Source of the DNA: a virus
Strand: one strand, 5' to 3'
Length of the DNA stretch: 64,000 bases
Virus record (IMG/VR): IMGVR_UViG_3300033984_000416
Span: 57,433-121,432 of that record
A program made the translations under genes and the position numbers. Below the pieces are notes generated by a model. It saw only the letters and a program-made list of their open reading frames with translations. It was not told where the DNA came from and ran no database searches. Below, piece by piece: positions 1 through 11,600 of the stretch (position 1 is its first letter; the number at the start of each line of letters is the position of its first letter).

Positions 1-691
1 TTTTTTTTATTTGTGGTTCGCTAAAATCAGCATCAACATCATCTTGTGTCAACACATATTCTTTTTTCTTTTCTTCACCATTCATAACATCATATTGACC
101 TTCTTTGTCGGCCCAATAATCTGTAAGTTTTTGTGAGTAAGGGAATGAACTTAATGAACGCATTTCTAATTTTTCAACATCTGTTGGGTTTCTTTTTATG
201 ATTTCATTTTCCAATTCTTCAATCTTAGCACTTACCATATCCATCTTAGCGATACGAGATTCTAAGTCAGTTAATTTTTGTAAAAGCATTTCAGAATTTT
301 GACTAGCTTTATCAGCTGCCATCTTCGCTTCTTCGGAACCTTTTACCAATGAAGTAACGTCTATTTCAACATCGTCTGTAGCTGGTTCAGCTGGCATCGC
401 TGGTGCTGGTTCAACTGGTGGTACCGAATCTGCTGGTTCGGCTGGTGCTTCTGCATCTGCTGGTGCAGTATCGTCAACACCTAATTCAGCTCCAATACTA
501 GCCGCTGCATCATCTGCTGGTTCTAAATCTGTAGGAACTTCGTCTTCTTCTTCTAATTTTTTATCGATTAATAGAGGTTTTTCATAAGCTACAGGTTCTT
601 GATTTTCAGCGTACCATTGGTAACCTTCCATTTGGTTGAAACGTTTTAGCTCTTCTTTAAGTAACTCTGGGTTAAATTTTGTTTTCTTCAT
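1..691 (-). CDS. Partial acidic, Pro/Ala-rich hypothetical protein (runs off window start); possibly head-internal or scaffold-like
   Basis: Not in ORF track. ATG at 691-689 overlaps the TAA of the upstream gene (TAATG). Reads MKKTKFNPELLKEELKRFNQMEGYQWY...PAEPADSVPPVEPAPAMPAEP...KLEMRSLSSFPYSQKLTDYW, open to position 1. Confidence 0.85.
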   Translation of the reverse strand, partial: MKKTKFNPELLKEELKRFNQMEGYQWYAENQEPVAYEKPLLIDKKLEEEDEVPTDLEPADDAAASIGAELGVDDTAPADAEAPAEPADSVPPVEPAPAMPAEPATDDVEIDVTSLVKGSEEAKMAADKASQNSEMLLQKLTDLESRIAKMDMVSAKIEELENEIIKRNPTDVEKLEMRSLSSFPYSQKLTDYWADKEGQYDVMNGEEKKKEYVLTQDDVDADFSEPQIKK

Positions 692-885
692 TAGAATAAT
701 AATTGTCTTCCGTCTTCTGTTATTATTTTTTTGTTTATTCTTTCTAAGATGCTTTTATCACCTTTGATAATACAAACACCAGAACTACAATCTAAGTTAG
801 GGTCTTGACCTTCAGTATTCAAAAAACTATCTAAGGTTTTATCCAAATTTTTAGTTGGTTGTTTTTCTATTTTTTTATTTTCCAT
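691..885 (-). CDS. Small hypothetical protein (64 aa) with CSSGVC motif
   Basis: ORF track; late-type motif at 919-926; translationally coupled to the next gene. Confidence 0.75.
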   Translation of the reverse strand: MENKKIEKQPTKNLDKTLDSFLNTEGQDPNLDCSSGVCIIKGDKSILERINKKIITEDGRQLLF

Positions 886-937
886 GATATTAATTTTTAA
901 GTATATTTTTATCTTTTATATAAATATCACAAAAACA

Positions 938-1339
938 TTAAAAAATCCTAGATATGTTGAAAATGGTAAGGTCTTTACCGTTTAATAGTATAAGTTTGTT
1001 TTGATATTCATCCCAATTTACCTTGATTGATTTATTATCAACGTTACCGATAGATTCTGGAAATTTTTGTTCAATAAGTTTATTTAACGCATTTATTGTA
1101 TATAAAGCATTGCCTCGTTTGTGTATGGATACAGCACTTGGGAATAGATTTTTAAGGTTTAAAGGTTTATCTTCTGGAATAACTATCTTGAAGGTAATAA
1201 CGACCTTAGATTCATCATCTAGGTTCTCATACCCAAAGACTTTATCTTTATTGATATTAAATTTTACTTCTAAATAGTTTAGAAACCATTCAACTCTCTC
1301 TGGGAATATGAATGATGCTAGTAGTATCGTTTTGTTCAT
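938..1339 (-). CDS. Hypothetical protein (133 aa)
   Basis: ORF track; co-oriented with neighbours; start overlaps the 3' end of the 212-aa gene. Confidence 0.75.
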   Translation of the reverse strand: MNKTILLASFIFPERVEWFLNYLEVKFNINKDKVFGYENLDDESKVVITFKIVIPEDKPLNLKNLFPSAVSIHKRGNALYTINALNKLIEQKFPESIGNVDNKSIKVNWDEYQNKLILLNGKDLTIFNISRIF

Positions 1340-1928
1340 TTTTTATAGAAAATAAGTAAGGTACGTATCGAACTTTATTACCTAGTTCTTCCACAGTATT
1401 TTTATATTCTATAAGTATCTCATCAGCACCCAAAAAGACCGCACTCATTGACTTAATTTTATTTCTTATCTTATCTGAATTTAACCCAATGTAAGATAAT
1501 AGCTTCAAATCCACACCAAATAGATATTTTTCACCATATAGATAAATCATATCACCTTGAACATATGTGATAATTTTTTTCAATGAGTAAATTTTTCTTA
1601 TTATTTTCCAAAGTGTTCTGCTTCGATACTGTAATGGGTCAACAAAAATATAAGTTATTTCTTTTGTTAAATCACCATATACCTTACGAATAAACCAAGA
1701 CATGTCTTCTTGGAATTTATCCCTCTTTTCGGTTCGCTTGAATGTCCAATAGAGATTAGGTTCAACACGAATATCCATAATATCAAAATCTGGGTAGTGT
1801 TTGTTTACATAGTCATACCCGACAATTAGTGTAGGTAACCCATGGATTATTTCATCCATGGATTGTACTACATTAAATTCTTCTGAAACGTCTATTTTAT
1901 TGTTTGAAACTATATTTGCAATTTTCAT
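1290..1928 (-). CDS. Hypothetical protein (212 aa)
   Basis: ORF track; preceded by Bacteroidota-type box TACCTTTG (1933-1940, minus strand). Confidence 0.8.
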   Translation of the reverse strand: MKIANIVSNNKIDVSEEFNVVQSMDEIIHGLPTLIVGYDYVNKHYPDFDIMDIRVEPNLYWTFKRTEKRDKFQEDMSWFIRKVYGDLTKEITYIFVDPLQYRSRTLWKIIRKIYSLKKIITYVQGDMIYLYGEKYLFGVDLKLLSYIGLNSDKIRNKIKSMSAVFLGADEILIEYKNTVEELGNKVRYVPYLFSIKNEQNDTTSIIHIPRES

Positions 1929-1932
1929 ACTG

Positions 1933-1940
1933 CAAAGGTA
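1933..1940 (-). promoter_or_regulatory. Bacteroidota-type -7 promoter element TAnnTTTG (TACCTTTG)
   Basis: Reverse complement of caaaggta, 4 nt upstream of the ATG at 1928; matches the Bacteroides/Flavobacterium housekeeping sigma consensus. Confidence 0.6.
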
Positions 1941-1965
1941 CTAAATTATTTTGAATAAACCAAAT

Positions 1966-4900
1966 TTATGCGTAACTTGCAAGATTTGGTGGGTTAGGTG
2001 GTGTACCATCTTTTATTTGTTTACCAGCATATTCCCAATAAAAATTATTATTAGTTTTATCTGGTGTTCTACTAATAACACCAACAGCTTTTGACGATTT
2101 TGGGTTATAAGCTAAAAATTCAGTCCTAGTACCTATAAATGACCTAGAATTCTCCTGTAATGTTGTATCTTTTAGTGCCGCAATTGTTTCAGTTAAGAAA
2201 GATTTAGCTTTACTACTAGTTATTGATTTAGAATTCATAACTGCTTTAATTGCAGTTTGTTCGTCAGATATAGCTTTCCATTCTGGTCTATTCTTAAATG
2301 TTGGTTCGTATTGACCTTCCTGTACCACAACCTCTTTGATTGTTTTACCGTATGGTTGTTTAGGTACTGAAACTCTGTTATAAATTGATTGTGCAACATC
2401 GGCTCTACTTTGTGGGCCACCAGCTTCTAAAGAACATATCGCCATCAACGCCCAATAATCTGCTTTATCACCTAAAACAATTTCAACACCATCTTTATAT
2501 TTTATTTGTTTATAAATACAATCTTTATAAATACTATCCTTACCATCATTTGATTTAGGGTTTTTAACAAAATCAAATTGAGCTTGGAATTTTTTAATTT
2601 TATACCCACCAGTTGATGTTGGGTTATCTTTAGCACAATATTGAGCAGCAGTACCTTGGTATTCAAAATGCCAGTATTCGTTATAACTACCAACGCCATC
2701 TCTCATTAAATATGGTAATTCAAAACCATATCTATATGAATTTTCTAATAACCATTCTAATGCTGGGTTGTTGGCAATATCAAAATATTTGACTAGACCA
2801 TTTGTATTATCTATTTTAGTTCCATCTTTTTCAAAATAACCTAAATCAATAGCAATACCCCATTGGTGATTCGACACACCTTTACTAGCATTTGAACCAG
2901 CCGCAGCTTGGTCGGCTTCAGTTCTATAAGCTGATGTTATTCTAGCAAAAGTTTTACCATTATCAGTTCCTTTGAAACCATTTTCTTTCATCCATGTAAC
3001 CCAATCTTTTAACATATTTTCTAATGGTACAATTGCTTCAGCAATTAAACGATTTTTGTGTTTATCATTTTTAGATGTAAGTTGATTTGAGATACCAGCT
3101 ATAGTTGGTATTTCTAATAATTTAATATTTTTAGCCTCAATATTAGACGGTGAACCACCGTTATCAATTATTGTTAATACTATTGCTGGGTATGCTTTAG
3201 TACTAGAAACATTAGTAACCGCACCATCACCAGCTTGGCTTGTATCCATTCCTTCGGCTAACGACATGTATAAATCCATTGCTGTCATTAATGGTGTTTC
3301 TGTGTATTTAATCCTAACACCACTAAAATTTGTCATCATTGAGTTTGGTTTAATAGAATGTTTAACCCTAGTAATCATATAGGCACCATGAAACATTGGT
3401 ATATTATCCAATTGGAAATACATCATTGGTTGAATCATAGCATTACCCATCATTTCTATTTCTGCCGTATAACTTCTTACTGAATATACATTATAAATGT
3501 TTTGACCAGCTATTGTTCTATTTGTTTCAGAACCTTTTTGTGATATGTCTTCCTGTATTTGAAGTGACTCATCAGTTTCTGAAAATTCGCTTTGGTCTAG
3601 GTTGATATCTTTAAATATATTTTGATTTTGTTGACTGTATTTTACAGTAAACACACCCATACCATCTTCAAAATCATTTAAGTCGGTTGTAAAATCATCT
3701 GGAACGGTACTTGGACTAACGTTACCATTTTCATCACATCGTAAATTTATACCATCATCTGGATAATCAGCATTTTTGTAGTCTAAGTGTTTAGATTTTT
3801 GTCCAGAGTATACACATACAAAAGTTGGCCCACACGAACCTTTTGTTACCGCCTCACCATAGTTTGGAAATGGTTTAAAAATTGATTCAACTTCTTTTGG
3901 GTCACGGAAATTAATAAATGTTGGTAACGCCACAAAATCAAATTTATTAGACGCTAACATTGAACTAATAGCATCGTAAGCACTAGTGTTTGAATTTTCA
4001 ACCAAGTAATCATTGATTGGTAGTGGGTTAATATATAACTTATCACCAATATCTTTAAACGACCTACTAACAAATCTAAAAGAGTCTATAAATTTAGGTG
4101 TTTTATTACCATAATGGTCACCTAATTTAGCATCTACGTTGCTTCGACCACCGTCAACACCACCACATTGATAAAGTATTTTATCAGCACTAGTTGTTCC
4201 AGCTAACCATTTATCACGTATGTTTTTACATGTTCTATATAATTGTAACTTAATCACATCTTCATTGGCAGTACCAAATAAAGATTGTTCTAAATTTTTT
4301 TTAACATTTACATCAGAATAAGCACTAGCAGTTGTTTGTAATTTTTTTAATATAGTGTTAATGTATAAATCAAAATTTTTCTTAGTTACAGAAATTTCTT
4401 CAAATTCATTTCTATTCGTTGTGGCTACAGATGCTGACCCACCACCACCAATAGCCCCAGAGCCACCATATGTACCTACTTGTGTTGTAGTTGTACCTAC
4501 TTTTGTCCATATTTTATAACCAGTATTTGCGATGATAACAGGTTGCATCAATGCCGACATTAATGTGGTTACAGCACTATTGTTTGTATAATCACCATCT
4601 AGTTCTAAAGCTAAGTAATCAGTATGCACCGATGCTGACGAACCATCTGTTGTTGGTAAAGGTGTAATTATTTTATATGCTTTACCGTTTGAACCGTTTC
4701 TAAAATTTGGATTTGTGAAACTTGATGCTGGAACGTTGTAGACATCTTTATCTTTATCTAGTGTTATTGTTACACGCAATGCTTTTAACCATACATTAAA
4801 ATCACCACCAGAACCAGTCCATATTTCTAAGTTTTCACTTATAGATTTCCATGATATCATACCGTCAGTTCCATTAACAAATTCAAAGAACATTCTTTTG

Positions 4901-7900
4901 AATTCATTTTTTACCTGTTGTGGTAATCTATTAATAAGGTGTTCATCATCAATTTCTTGATAATCTATTAACGCTGTAAGCTCTAAGGCTGTTACATACA
5001 TATCTCGTGTAGGTGGTGTAAATGTTTGTGTTAAGTTTTTATGCCAAAGTATTGGGTCGTTCTTTCCAGAACCACCACCCGTTATTTTACCACCTTCAAC
5101 CACTGGGTTGTTTGTTTGTTTTCGCCATATTATACTACCTATATAAGCACACCAAAGTCTAGGTGCGTGAACAAAACCACCTTTTTTATCAAACAAGTGT
5201 TTAATTTCATTTGTTTCTAAAGCACTACCTTTGGTTGTATTCCATGGAAGTGAATTTAAAAATAAAAACGCTTTTGAATAATCACCACATGGAACCGTTG
5301 AGTTACTTGAAGTTGTTATACGTGCATATCCTTGGTTATAATAAAAATAACTACCAAATAAACTAAAAGAATCCTCATCATAAGCATCTCTATAATTAAC
5401 GTTTTCAGATGCTTTAAACATAAAGGCTCTTTGTTCAACATAAGGGTAAGTAATATCTTTAACATTATTGTTTATCCATTCGTTAAAAAAGTCTCTGTTT
5501 TTACCTAAATCTAAGTGAAGTGTATCTATTTTTTTTCCTTTATACCAACCTTTGTAAAACTCTTCTTTATTTGCTGGTAGCCTAATGTTTCCAGTTTTTT
5601 TGAAATCCGACCATGATGTTGCTGAACTTCCGTCTGGTGAATTATCGTGTTTTTTTCTATTATACGCTAAACCACCATCTGTATTTTTATAAAACACAAA
5701 CTCTAAGGGTAATTTAGTCATTCCATTACCATAATCTAAATTAGCATACTCTTGAATACCTAAAGGTCCACCAAATGTATTGTAACCAGCACTATTATCA
5801 ACAATTTCATCGGCTGATAGTTTTTCCAATATTAACATATTGTTTTCTGGTTTAACTTTTTCTGGTGCTGGATATAAAAGTGCTTTTGTTTTAAACTCAT
5901 CTGCTTTTAGTATTTTAATATAAACACCACCATCATCTGGTTTACTAAAATCACCATTTATTGTCGTTGCTGTACCATAATTAGAGCTGTAATTAGTTAA
6001 AAAAATGTAACCTTCTTCTTTTGATTTTAATGAAGTTTTAGCTGGTTCAATAATCCACTTACCAGTATAACCACCATTAATTGGTATTACCATGTGTAAA
6101 TCTGGATTACTGTACGTATATGTTTTTGTTTTTGTAGATACTGGGTTTCCACCAATATAGTTATAAAAATAATTATCACCTAGAGGTTTTATTACATTTG
6201 TTGGTAATGCACCTCTAGCGTTTAAATCTATTTCACCAATTACACTAGTCACAGCACTTAGAGTTAACATAGACATCGATGATTTTATTTTAGGGTCTTT
6301 AACACCTCTTAATATGGCTTCAGATTCAATCTCGGCCATACTAATAATATCATCAGAAGTCATAATTGTTTCATCGTTTGTATAACCTAAAAAAGTCATA
6401 CCTCTAATAACCATAAGTCTTGCAACTTCATCGTAATTTTTAAATTCCATTCTACTGTATGGCTCTGTAGTGTTAAAAATAGATGTATCAATTGGGTTGC
6501 TTGGGAACCAAGTTGTTTCTTGTTTTTCGGTATCCGCTTTAACATCTTCACTAGCTTTTGCGGCTTTTAAAAATGCCGCCAATAAATCATCAATAAATAC
6601 TAATTCATTAACATCTTTAGGTTTTTCTAAAACACCTAAAGTACCTAAATATTTTTCAACATAGCTTTTTGTTTTTTCATCTTTTTCTCGATAATCTGGC
6701 CATGAAAAATATTTTTTAGTATCTAAATGTCTTTGCGTTAAATCACTATTTACAATATCAGTTTTAAATTTTTTTTCTAGTTGGGTTGTTCTAGGGTCGT
6801 TTGGTTCAAATTCAGCCGCAACCGAAACATCAAAAATAGTTTCCATAAACACTTCAACGGCAGCTGTAAATACTTCTGTAATATTTCTAACGGTTGGTTC
6901 AAACCCTAAATCTTTTGCAACGCTACTTTTTAATTCTTTAGCAAATTCTTCTTTTGCCCCTTTTAAATTTTGTTCAATTTGAGTTCTAGCCACAGATATT
7001 TTTTCAAATAATAAATTCATGTTGTAAATATCAACAACCACTTTTGGGTGATTAAATTTATAATTTGTGTTTAAATAATCATACAATTCTTTTTTGAATT
7101 TAGAAAAATCACTAGGTGAACCTAATGTTTGTTTTAAAACTTCATCAACCGCTGGGTCGCTAGTTGCTGGGTCTAGCATTTCTAAAGTTAAATTACCATA
7201 AAAACCCTTTCCTGGACCAGCTATGCTTATATCTTGAAATTCTTTAAGTACTAATTGAGCACCAGCTTTAAATGCGTTGAATGTGTCTATGTTTGTTTTA
7301 ATATTCTCAGAGTATAACCCTATTGCTCTATCTTGATTTATTTTATCAGTGTCTGAAACTTCGTGAAGTTTCACGATATATGGGTATCTTTCTTTATTGG
7401 TATCAATATCAATAACTTGTCCCAATACTCTCATAACAATTTCTATAGCGTCTAGACTTTCTAAAGCTTTATTTATAGTATTTGTAGCAGCTGCGTTTTT
7501 AGATGATGATGATAATTTGCTTATACCTTTATTAACCTTAGAAATTGCTTGCATTAATTCAACCAAAGTTAATAATTGTGGTGCATCAGCTTTTCTATTG
7601 TCTCTATATTTTTGGTATTTATCTTCACCTATTGTTGTAAAAGGTATAGCTTTTAAATAACCAATAAGCATATCTGATAACATTGCGTAAGTATAACCGA
7701 TAAATTGACATTGAATTTCAAAATTACCAGTTTGTGAATTAAATTTAGAACTAAATTTAAGCATGTGAAGACAATAAGTTACTGGTAACCCGTAGTATCC
7801 TTTTATTTCCAATTCAAACAATGGATATGGTAGTTGGAAAAACGTAGCATATTTATTACCACTATTATTTCCACTTATTTTTTCCTCATTTTGAAATATT

Positions 7901-8310
7901 GAACTTCCTCTAACGTCAATAAAATTAATAGTAACCATAGGGGCCATTGACGAATTAAAATCTATATCAATAGACGTTATCCCTAATGTTTCATCATTGG
8001 TTGTATCTTTATCAAATACCGTTGTTAAGTCGGTGTATTTTGTTGTTAAAACTCTTTGACCAGAAATTTCACTACCTTCAATGAAATTAATAGAAATGTT
8101 GCTGGTACTTTCTCTAGTACCATCATCACCACCTTCTTTTGTTAAAACAGTTCTTCCCTTTTTTTTAGTTCTTAAAACTACAGATATATTCAAATCCTCT
8201 AAAGGAACTGAAATATTACTACTAGAATTAAAACCATCAAAACTATTTGGGTCGACAATTTTTAAACCACCAGATTGACAACCTATTTTATTTGTTATGT
8301 TACTCGCCAT
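1966..8310 (-). CDS. Baseplate hub / tail lysin (2114 aa): gp27-like hub region + M15 (VanY-like) Zn peptidase + SleB-like (Hydrolase_2) cell wall hydrolase
   Basis: Hub-like YTAEIEMMGNAMIQPMMYFQLDNIPMFHGAYMITRVKHSI; M15 motifs RITSAYRT, SNHQWGIAIDL, EYWHFEY; SleB-like SLEAGG...VAQSIYNRV...KTIKEVVVQEGQYEP; located in the baseplate cluster. Confidence 0.8.
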   Translation of the reverse strand: MASNITNKIGCQSGGLKIVDPNSFDGFNSSSNISVPLEDLNISVVLRTKKKGRTVLTKEGGDDGTRESTSNISINFIEGSEISGQRVLTTKYTDLTTVFDKDTTNDETLGITSIDIDFNSSMAPMVTINFIDVRGSSIFQNEEKISGNNSGNKYATFFQLPYPLFELEIKGYYGLPVTYCLHMLKFSSKFNSQTGNFEIQCQFIGYTYAMLSDMLIGYLKAIPFTTIGEDKYQKYRDNRKADAPQLLTLVELMQAISKVNKGISKLSSSSKNAAATNTINKALESLDAIEIVMRVLGQVIDIDTNKERYPYIVKLHEVSDTDKINQDRAIGLYSENIKTNIDTFNAFKAGAQLVLKEFQDISIAGPGKGFYGNLTLEMLDPATSDPAVDEVLKQTLGSPSDFSKFKKELYDYLNTNYKFNHPKVVVDIYNMNLLFEKISVARTQIEQNLKGAKEEFAKELKSSVAKDLGFEPTVRNITEVFTAAVEVFMETIFDVSVAAEFEPNDPRTTQLEKKFKTDIVNSDLTQRHLDTKKYFSWPDYREKDEKTKSYVEKYLGTLGVLEKPKDVNELVFIDDLLAAFLKAAKASEDVKADTEKQETTWFPSNPIDTSIFNTTEPYSRMEFKNYDEVARLMVIRGMTFLGYTNDETIMTSDDIISMAEIESEAILRGVKDPKIKSSMSMLTLSAVTSVIGEIDLNARGALPTNVIKPLGDNYFYNYIGGNPVSTKTKTYTYSNPDLHMVIPINGGYTGKWIIEPAKTSLKSKEEGYIFLTNYSSNYGTATTINGDFSKPDDGGVYIKILKADEFKTKALLYPAPEKVKPENNMLILEKLSADEIVDNSAGYNTFGGPLGIQEYANLDYGNGMTKLPLEFVFYKNTDGGLAYNRKKHDNSPDGSSATSWSDFKKTGNIRLPANKEEFYKGWYKGKKIDTLHLDLGKNRDFFNEWINNNVKDITYPYVEQRAFMFKASENVNYRDAYDEDSFSLFGSYFYYNQGYARITTSSNSTVPCGDYSKAFLFLNSLPWNTTKGSALETNEIKHLFDKKGGFVHAPRLWCAYIGSIIWRKQTNNPVVEGGKITGGGSGKNDPILWHKNLTQTFTPPTRDMYVTALELTALIDYQEIDDEHLINRLPQQVKNEFKRMFFEFVNGTDGMISWKSISENLEIWTGSGGDFNVWLKALRVTITLDKDKDVYNVPASSFTNPNFRNGSNGKAYKIITPLPTTDGSSASVHTDYLALELDGDYTNNSAVTTLMSALMQPVIIANTGYKIWTKVGTTTTQVGTYGGSGAIGGGGSASVATTNRNEFEEISVTKKNFDLYINTILKKLQTTASAYSDVNVKKNLEQSLFGTANEDVIKLQLYRTCKNIRDKWLAGTTSADKILYQCGGVDGGRSNVDAKLGDHYGNKTPKFIDSFRFVSRSFKDIGDKLYINPLPINDYLVENSNTSAYDAISSMLASNKFDFVALPTFINFRDPKEVESIFKPFPNYGEAVTKGSCGPTFVCVYSGQKSKHLDYKNADYPDDGINLRCDENGNVSPSTVPDDFTTDLNDFEDGMGVFTVKYSQQNQNIFKDINLDQSEFSETDESLQIQEDISQKGSETNRTIAGQNIYNVYSVRSYTAEIEMMGNAMIQPMMYFQLDNIPMFHGAYMITRVKHSIKPNSMMTNFSGVRIKYTETPLMTAMDLYMSLAEGMDTSQAGDGAVTNVSSTKAYPAIVLTIIDNGGSPSNIEAKNIKLLEIPTIAGISNQLTSKNDKHKNRLIAEAIVPLENMLKDWVTWMKENGFKGTDNGKTFARITSAYRTEADQAAAGSNASKGVSNHQWGIAIDLGYFEKDGTKIDNTNGLVKYFDIANNPALEWLLENSYRYGFELPYLMRDGVGSYNEYWHFEYQGTAAQYCAKDNPTSTGGYKIKKFQAQFDFVKNPKSNDGKDSIYKDCIYKQIKYKDGVEIVLGDKADYWALMAICSLEAGGPQSRADVAQSIYNRVSVPKQPYGKTIKEVVVQEGQYEPTFKNRPEWKAISDEQTAIKAVMNSKSITSSKAKSFLTETIAALKDTTLQENSRSFIGTRTEFLAYNPKSSKAVGVISRTPDKTNNNFYWEYAGKQIKDGTPPNPPNLASYA

Positions 8311-8620
8311 ATAATGCTTTATGATTATTTACTTGTGTTATATATCTTGACACAGCACTATCGAAAGGAAAAGGAATCCTAATCAAAGTCATATCTGGTA
8401 TATTAAATTCTAAACCACCAAATTGTGGGTTGGCTAACATAATCAACCAACCACTGTATGCATTATTATAATACATGTTACTCATTTTGTCAAGTCTACT
8501 TAACCCTTGTTTATAAACCATTGATTTATCCGAACCAGATTCTGGGATAGTTATCCCAGGTAAAGGTTTCATATCTGCATTTACTCTAAATGCGTTATAT
8601 CTGTCGTAATATTCTGCCAT
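8300..8620 (-). CDS. LysM/TailX-like baseplate wedge protein (T4 gp53-like)
   Basis: SRLDKMSNMYYNNAYSGWLIMLANP...FNIPDMTLIRIPFP pattern; lies between tube initiator and hub genes. Confidence 0.7.
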   Translation of the reverse strand: MAEYYDRYNAFRVNADMKPLPGITIPESGSDKSMVYKQGLSRLDKMSNMYYNNAYSGWLIMLANPQFGGLEFNIPDMTLIRIPFPFDSAVSRYITQVNNHKALYGE

Positions 8621-8622
8621 AA

Positions 8623-11600
8623 TTAATTTTGATATACTAGTGCTTTTGTTGCTGTTATTGTTTTTTTACCACCACCTACAAGGTCTTTTATTTCAAGTCT
8701 TAACCTAAAACCGATATCAATAGTATAATTTCTTTCGCTAGCTGGTTTTGCTTCTTGTATTGCTACATTACAAGCAATTAAACTCTGTTGTTGTGCAATT
8801 AAGTTATTAAATTTAGCTCTACCACCAAGTCGAGTGTCCTCATCAACCCAAACATAAACGTTTGCATGGTTAAACCATTGTGTTGTTATCTTTTTACCTT
8901 CTTTAGTTTCAACAACACCATCTTTTGTTAATAAAATACTACCGATAAAGTCACCGTTGGTGTCTGAGCTTGCAATCATATCTTTTGGACATGCTTTTGC
9001 ACAGTTGTCATAACTAGCACCGTTTTTAGGTATCATAGCTTGAACTAAATACATATCTATTTGGAAATCAGTTGTTGGTTTTATAACAACACCAGCACTA
9101 TCTGTTTTAAAATTTAAAAAAGAATAAACAAATTGACTTGATTTACCAACGTGAAAGTATTCATCAACAGCTGTAATATTATCTATTGTAAATGGACCGC
9201 CAGTTGGTGAAACTGCCGCTACTTGTGCTACTGGTGCTCCAGCGGCAATCTCAGCTGTTTTTACTTGGTTTGTTTCTGGTGTGTTATCTACAATGTCTGT
9301 CGCTGTAATAACTGTTTCTGGATTTGACATATCTAAATTACCGTTATTCAAATAATAACCAGTGTTGCTCAATGGTGCCATATTTGACATCGGTAAATCT
9401 TTACCATCTTTACCTTTAACGTTATAAGTTGGTCTTTCTTTTGTAACATAATCAGCTCTAGGGTCATATACTTGTGAATTTGCAAAATAATTGAACGACA
9501 AAGCATTTTGTAATTTATTGATTGGACTCATAAGCGTTGAACCACCTATAAATTTGAATGAAATATTAACGTTGGCAATCATTGGTTGAACACCTATACC
9601 TTCTGGGTTAAGGTCCCATACCAATGGTTCGTAATCAATAGCTACGCTGTCCATAACAATTTTTGTGTTATAGAAATCACCTATTCTTAAGATACAAATT
9701 GGTGGTCTACCAAATGCTAAGTTGTTAGCACCTTGAGCTTCAGAAGTTGGTCCTTGTCTTGTACATTGTAATAAAAATGTAAGTCTAGAGTTTAAACCTT
9801 CTGGTGTTGTCGAGTGAAACGCTGGGTGAAAATATCTAATTTTCTCTCTAAACGAATCAAACACTAGTGGGTCATAATCTGCTAGTTTTTCAAAGTATAA
9901 ACATTCATCATAAAACCTATTCGTAATCTTTGTGTTCACATTTTGTGGTATTTTTTTAATAACTGGGTCTGGTTGTGCAACATCTGCCGCAGCTAATTCA
10001 GCGTCAAAAACAAAATGTATCACCGCTTTTCTATCTTGTTTACATGCAACACTATCAGTATCAGCACCATGGTTAGGTATACAACCAGTATTAGTTAAAG
10101 CTATTCCTGGATTAGCTTTAAATCTTTTTTTAGTGTCACCACCAATGTGTGGCCCTAATTTTACATCTCTAAGGTCTTCCATAATAGCTTTTGCTCTTGC
10201 GTCAGCTAATTTTTGATTGTATTTAGCACTACCTTGTGGGCTGGCATATCCTGTTACTTCAACTCTACAATGTGGACATTTTTGTGATAAATGGTCGATA
10301 AGAGCTGGAATATATAACGGGTCATAATAACCATAAAATTCTTGAACACCGATTCTAGAAGGTACGGTATATGGTCCTTTATAATTTAAACCAAAGTTAT
10401 ATCTATCTGGCCATTTTTCAGTATTTCCAGGTGTAAAACTACTAGGATAATTACCTAACCCGTATCCGATACCAGCTGGGTTTACATTGTAATCAATTGT
10501 ATTTGTTGTTGACGAACCACTTAAACCACTTTCATAAGACATTGGTAGAATTGCATTATCGTTTGGAAAATATACAACCATATCATCTGGAACAAATTCT
10601 TCTGGAACAACTTTTTGTTGTGGTATCACTAAATCTCTAGTTGCTATTTTACTTTTCTCACTTACAGTTAATTTTTCACCCCATTTACTATTAGGGTCAA
10701 TACAACCAGCCCAAAATGAATTAATATAATGGTCATCTGGTCCAGTTTCACCTCTAAACGCATTTATATAACTAGGGTGGTCAACAACGATTTGAAATGA
10801 TAAGTTACCACTTCTTTCAGTATTATTATAAGTGTAAACAGGTTCACCTCTACCAATAAAATTGTTAGATTCCCAGTTTACAGAACTATTTTCACTAAAT
10901 TTGATATTGTATGGTGGAAACCACATGATTCTACCTTTTTTACCGCTACTTAAATCTCCAGGACCTCTCTCGCATTCTGGCAAATTTTCTTTGGCATCGT
11001 GCCATGCAAGGTTTTCAATTGAAAACATAAATTTTTTAGGGTCTGTAGCTTTATCAGTTGTGTATGGAGCTATTTTAACAAAACCATTATCATCTAACAC
11101 TGAATTTTCAGTATTAAACCTATATGGTACATTAGGGCTATCCCATAATCCACGAGCTCTAACCAAATTGTATACCGTATCGTATCTATCTAAAGTCGTC
11201 CAACTTCTACAATATACATCACCAGCTGTTTTACCAGTTGCTGTACCCATGTATCTACCTGTAGTTTGGTCAAACATAGAACCTTGCATTACAGCATTAC
11301 CCTTTGAAAACCCACCACCATTGGCTGTTGATATTTGACTTGAATGTTTACCCATATCACCTTTTTGTGAAACGATGTTTTTCATCGCTTTACTATTGAA
11401 TAATTTTTGAGTTTTAACCAAAAGTGATTTTTTATCACCTAATAATTCATCATATTGAACTGTTTTATTTACCGATTCACCATTACTAGTTGTCCATGTA
11501 AATCCAACATCACTTATTTTTCTATCATCATAACCAACATTACCTTTTGGTCCCGTATATGTTTCTTCTGGGCTTTTAAACCCAGCATTAGAAACCATTT

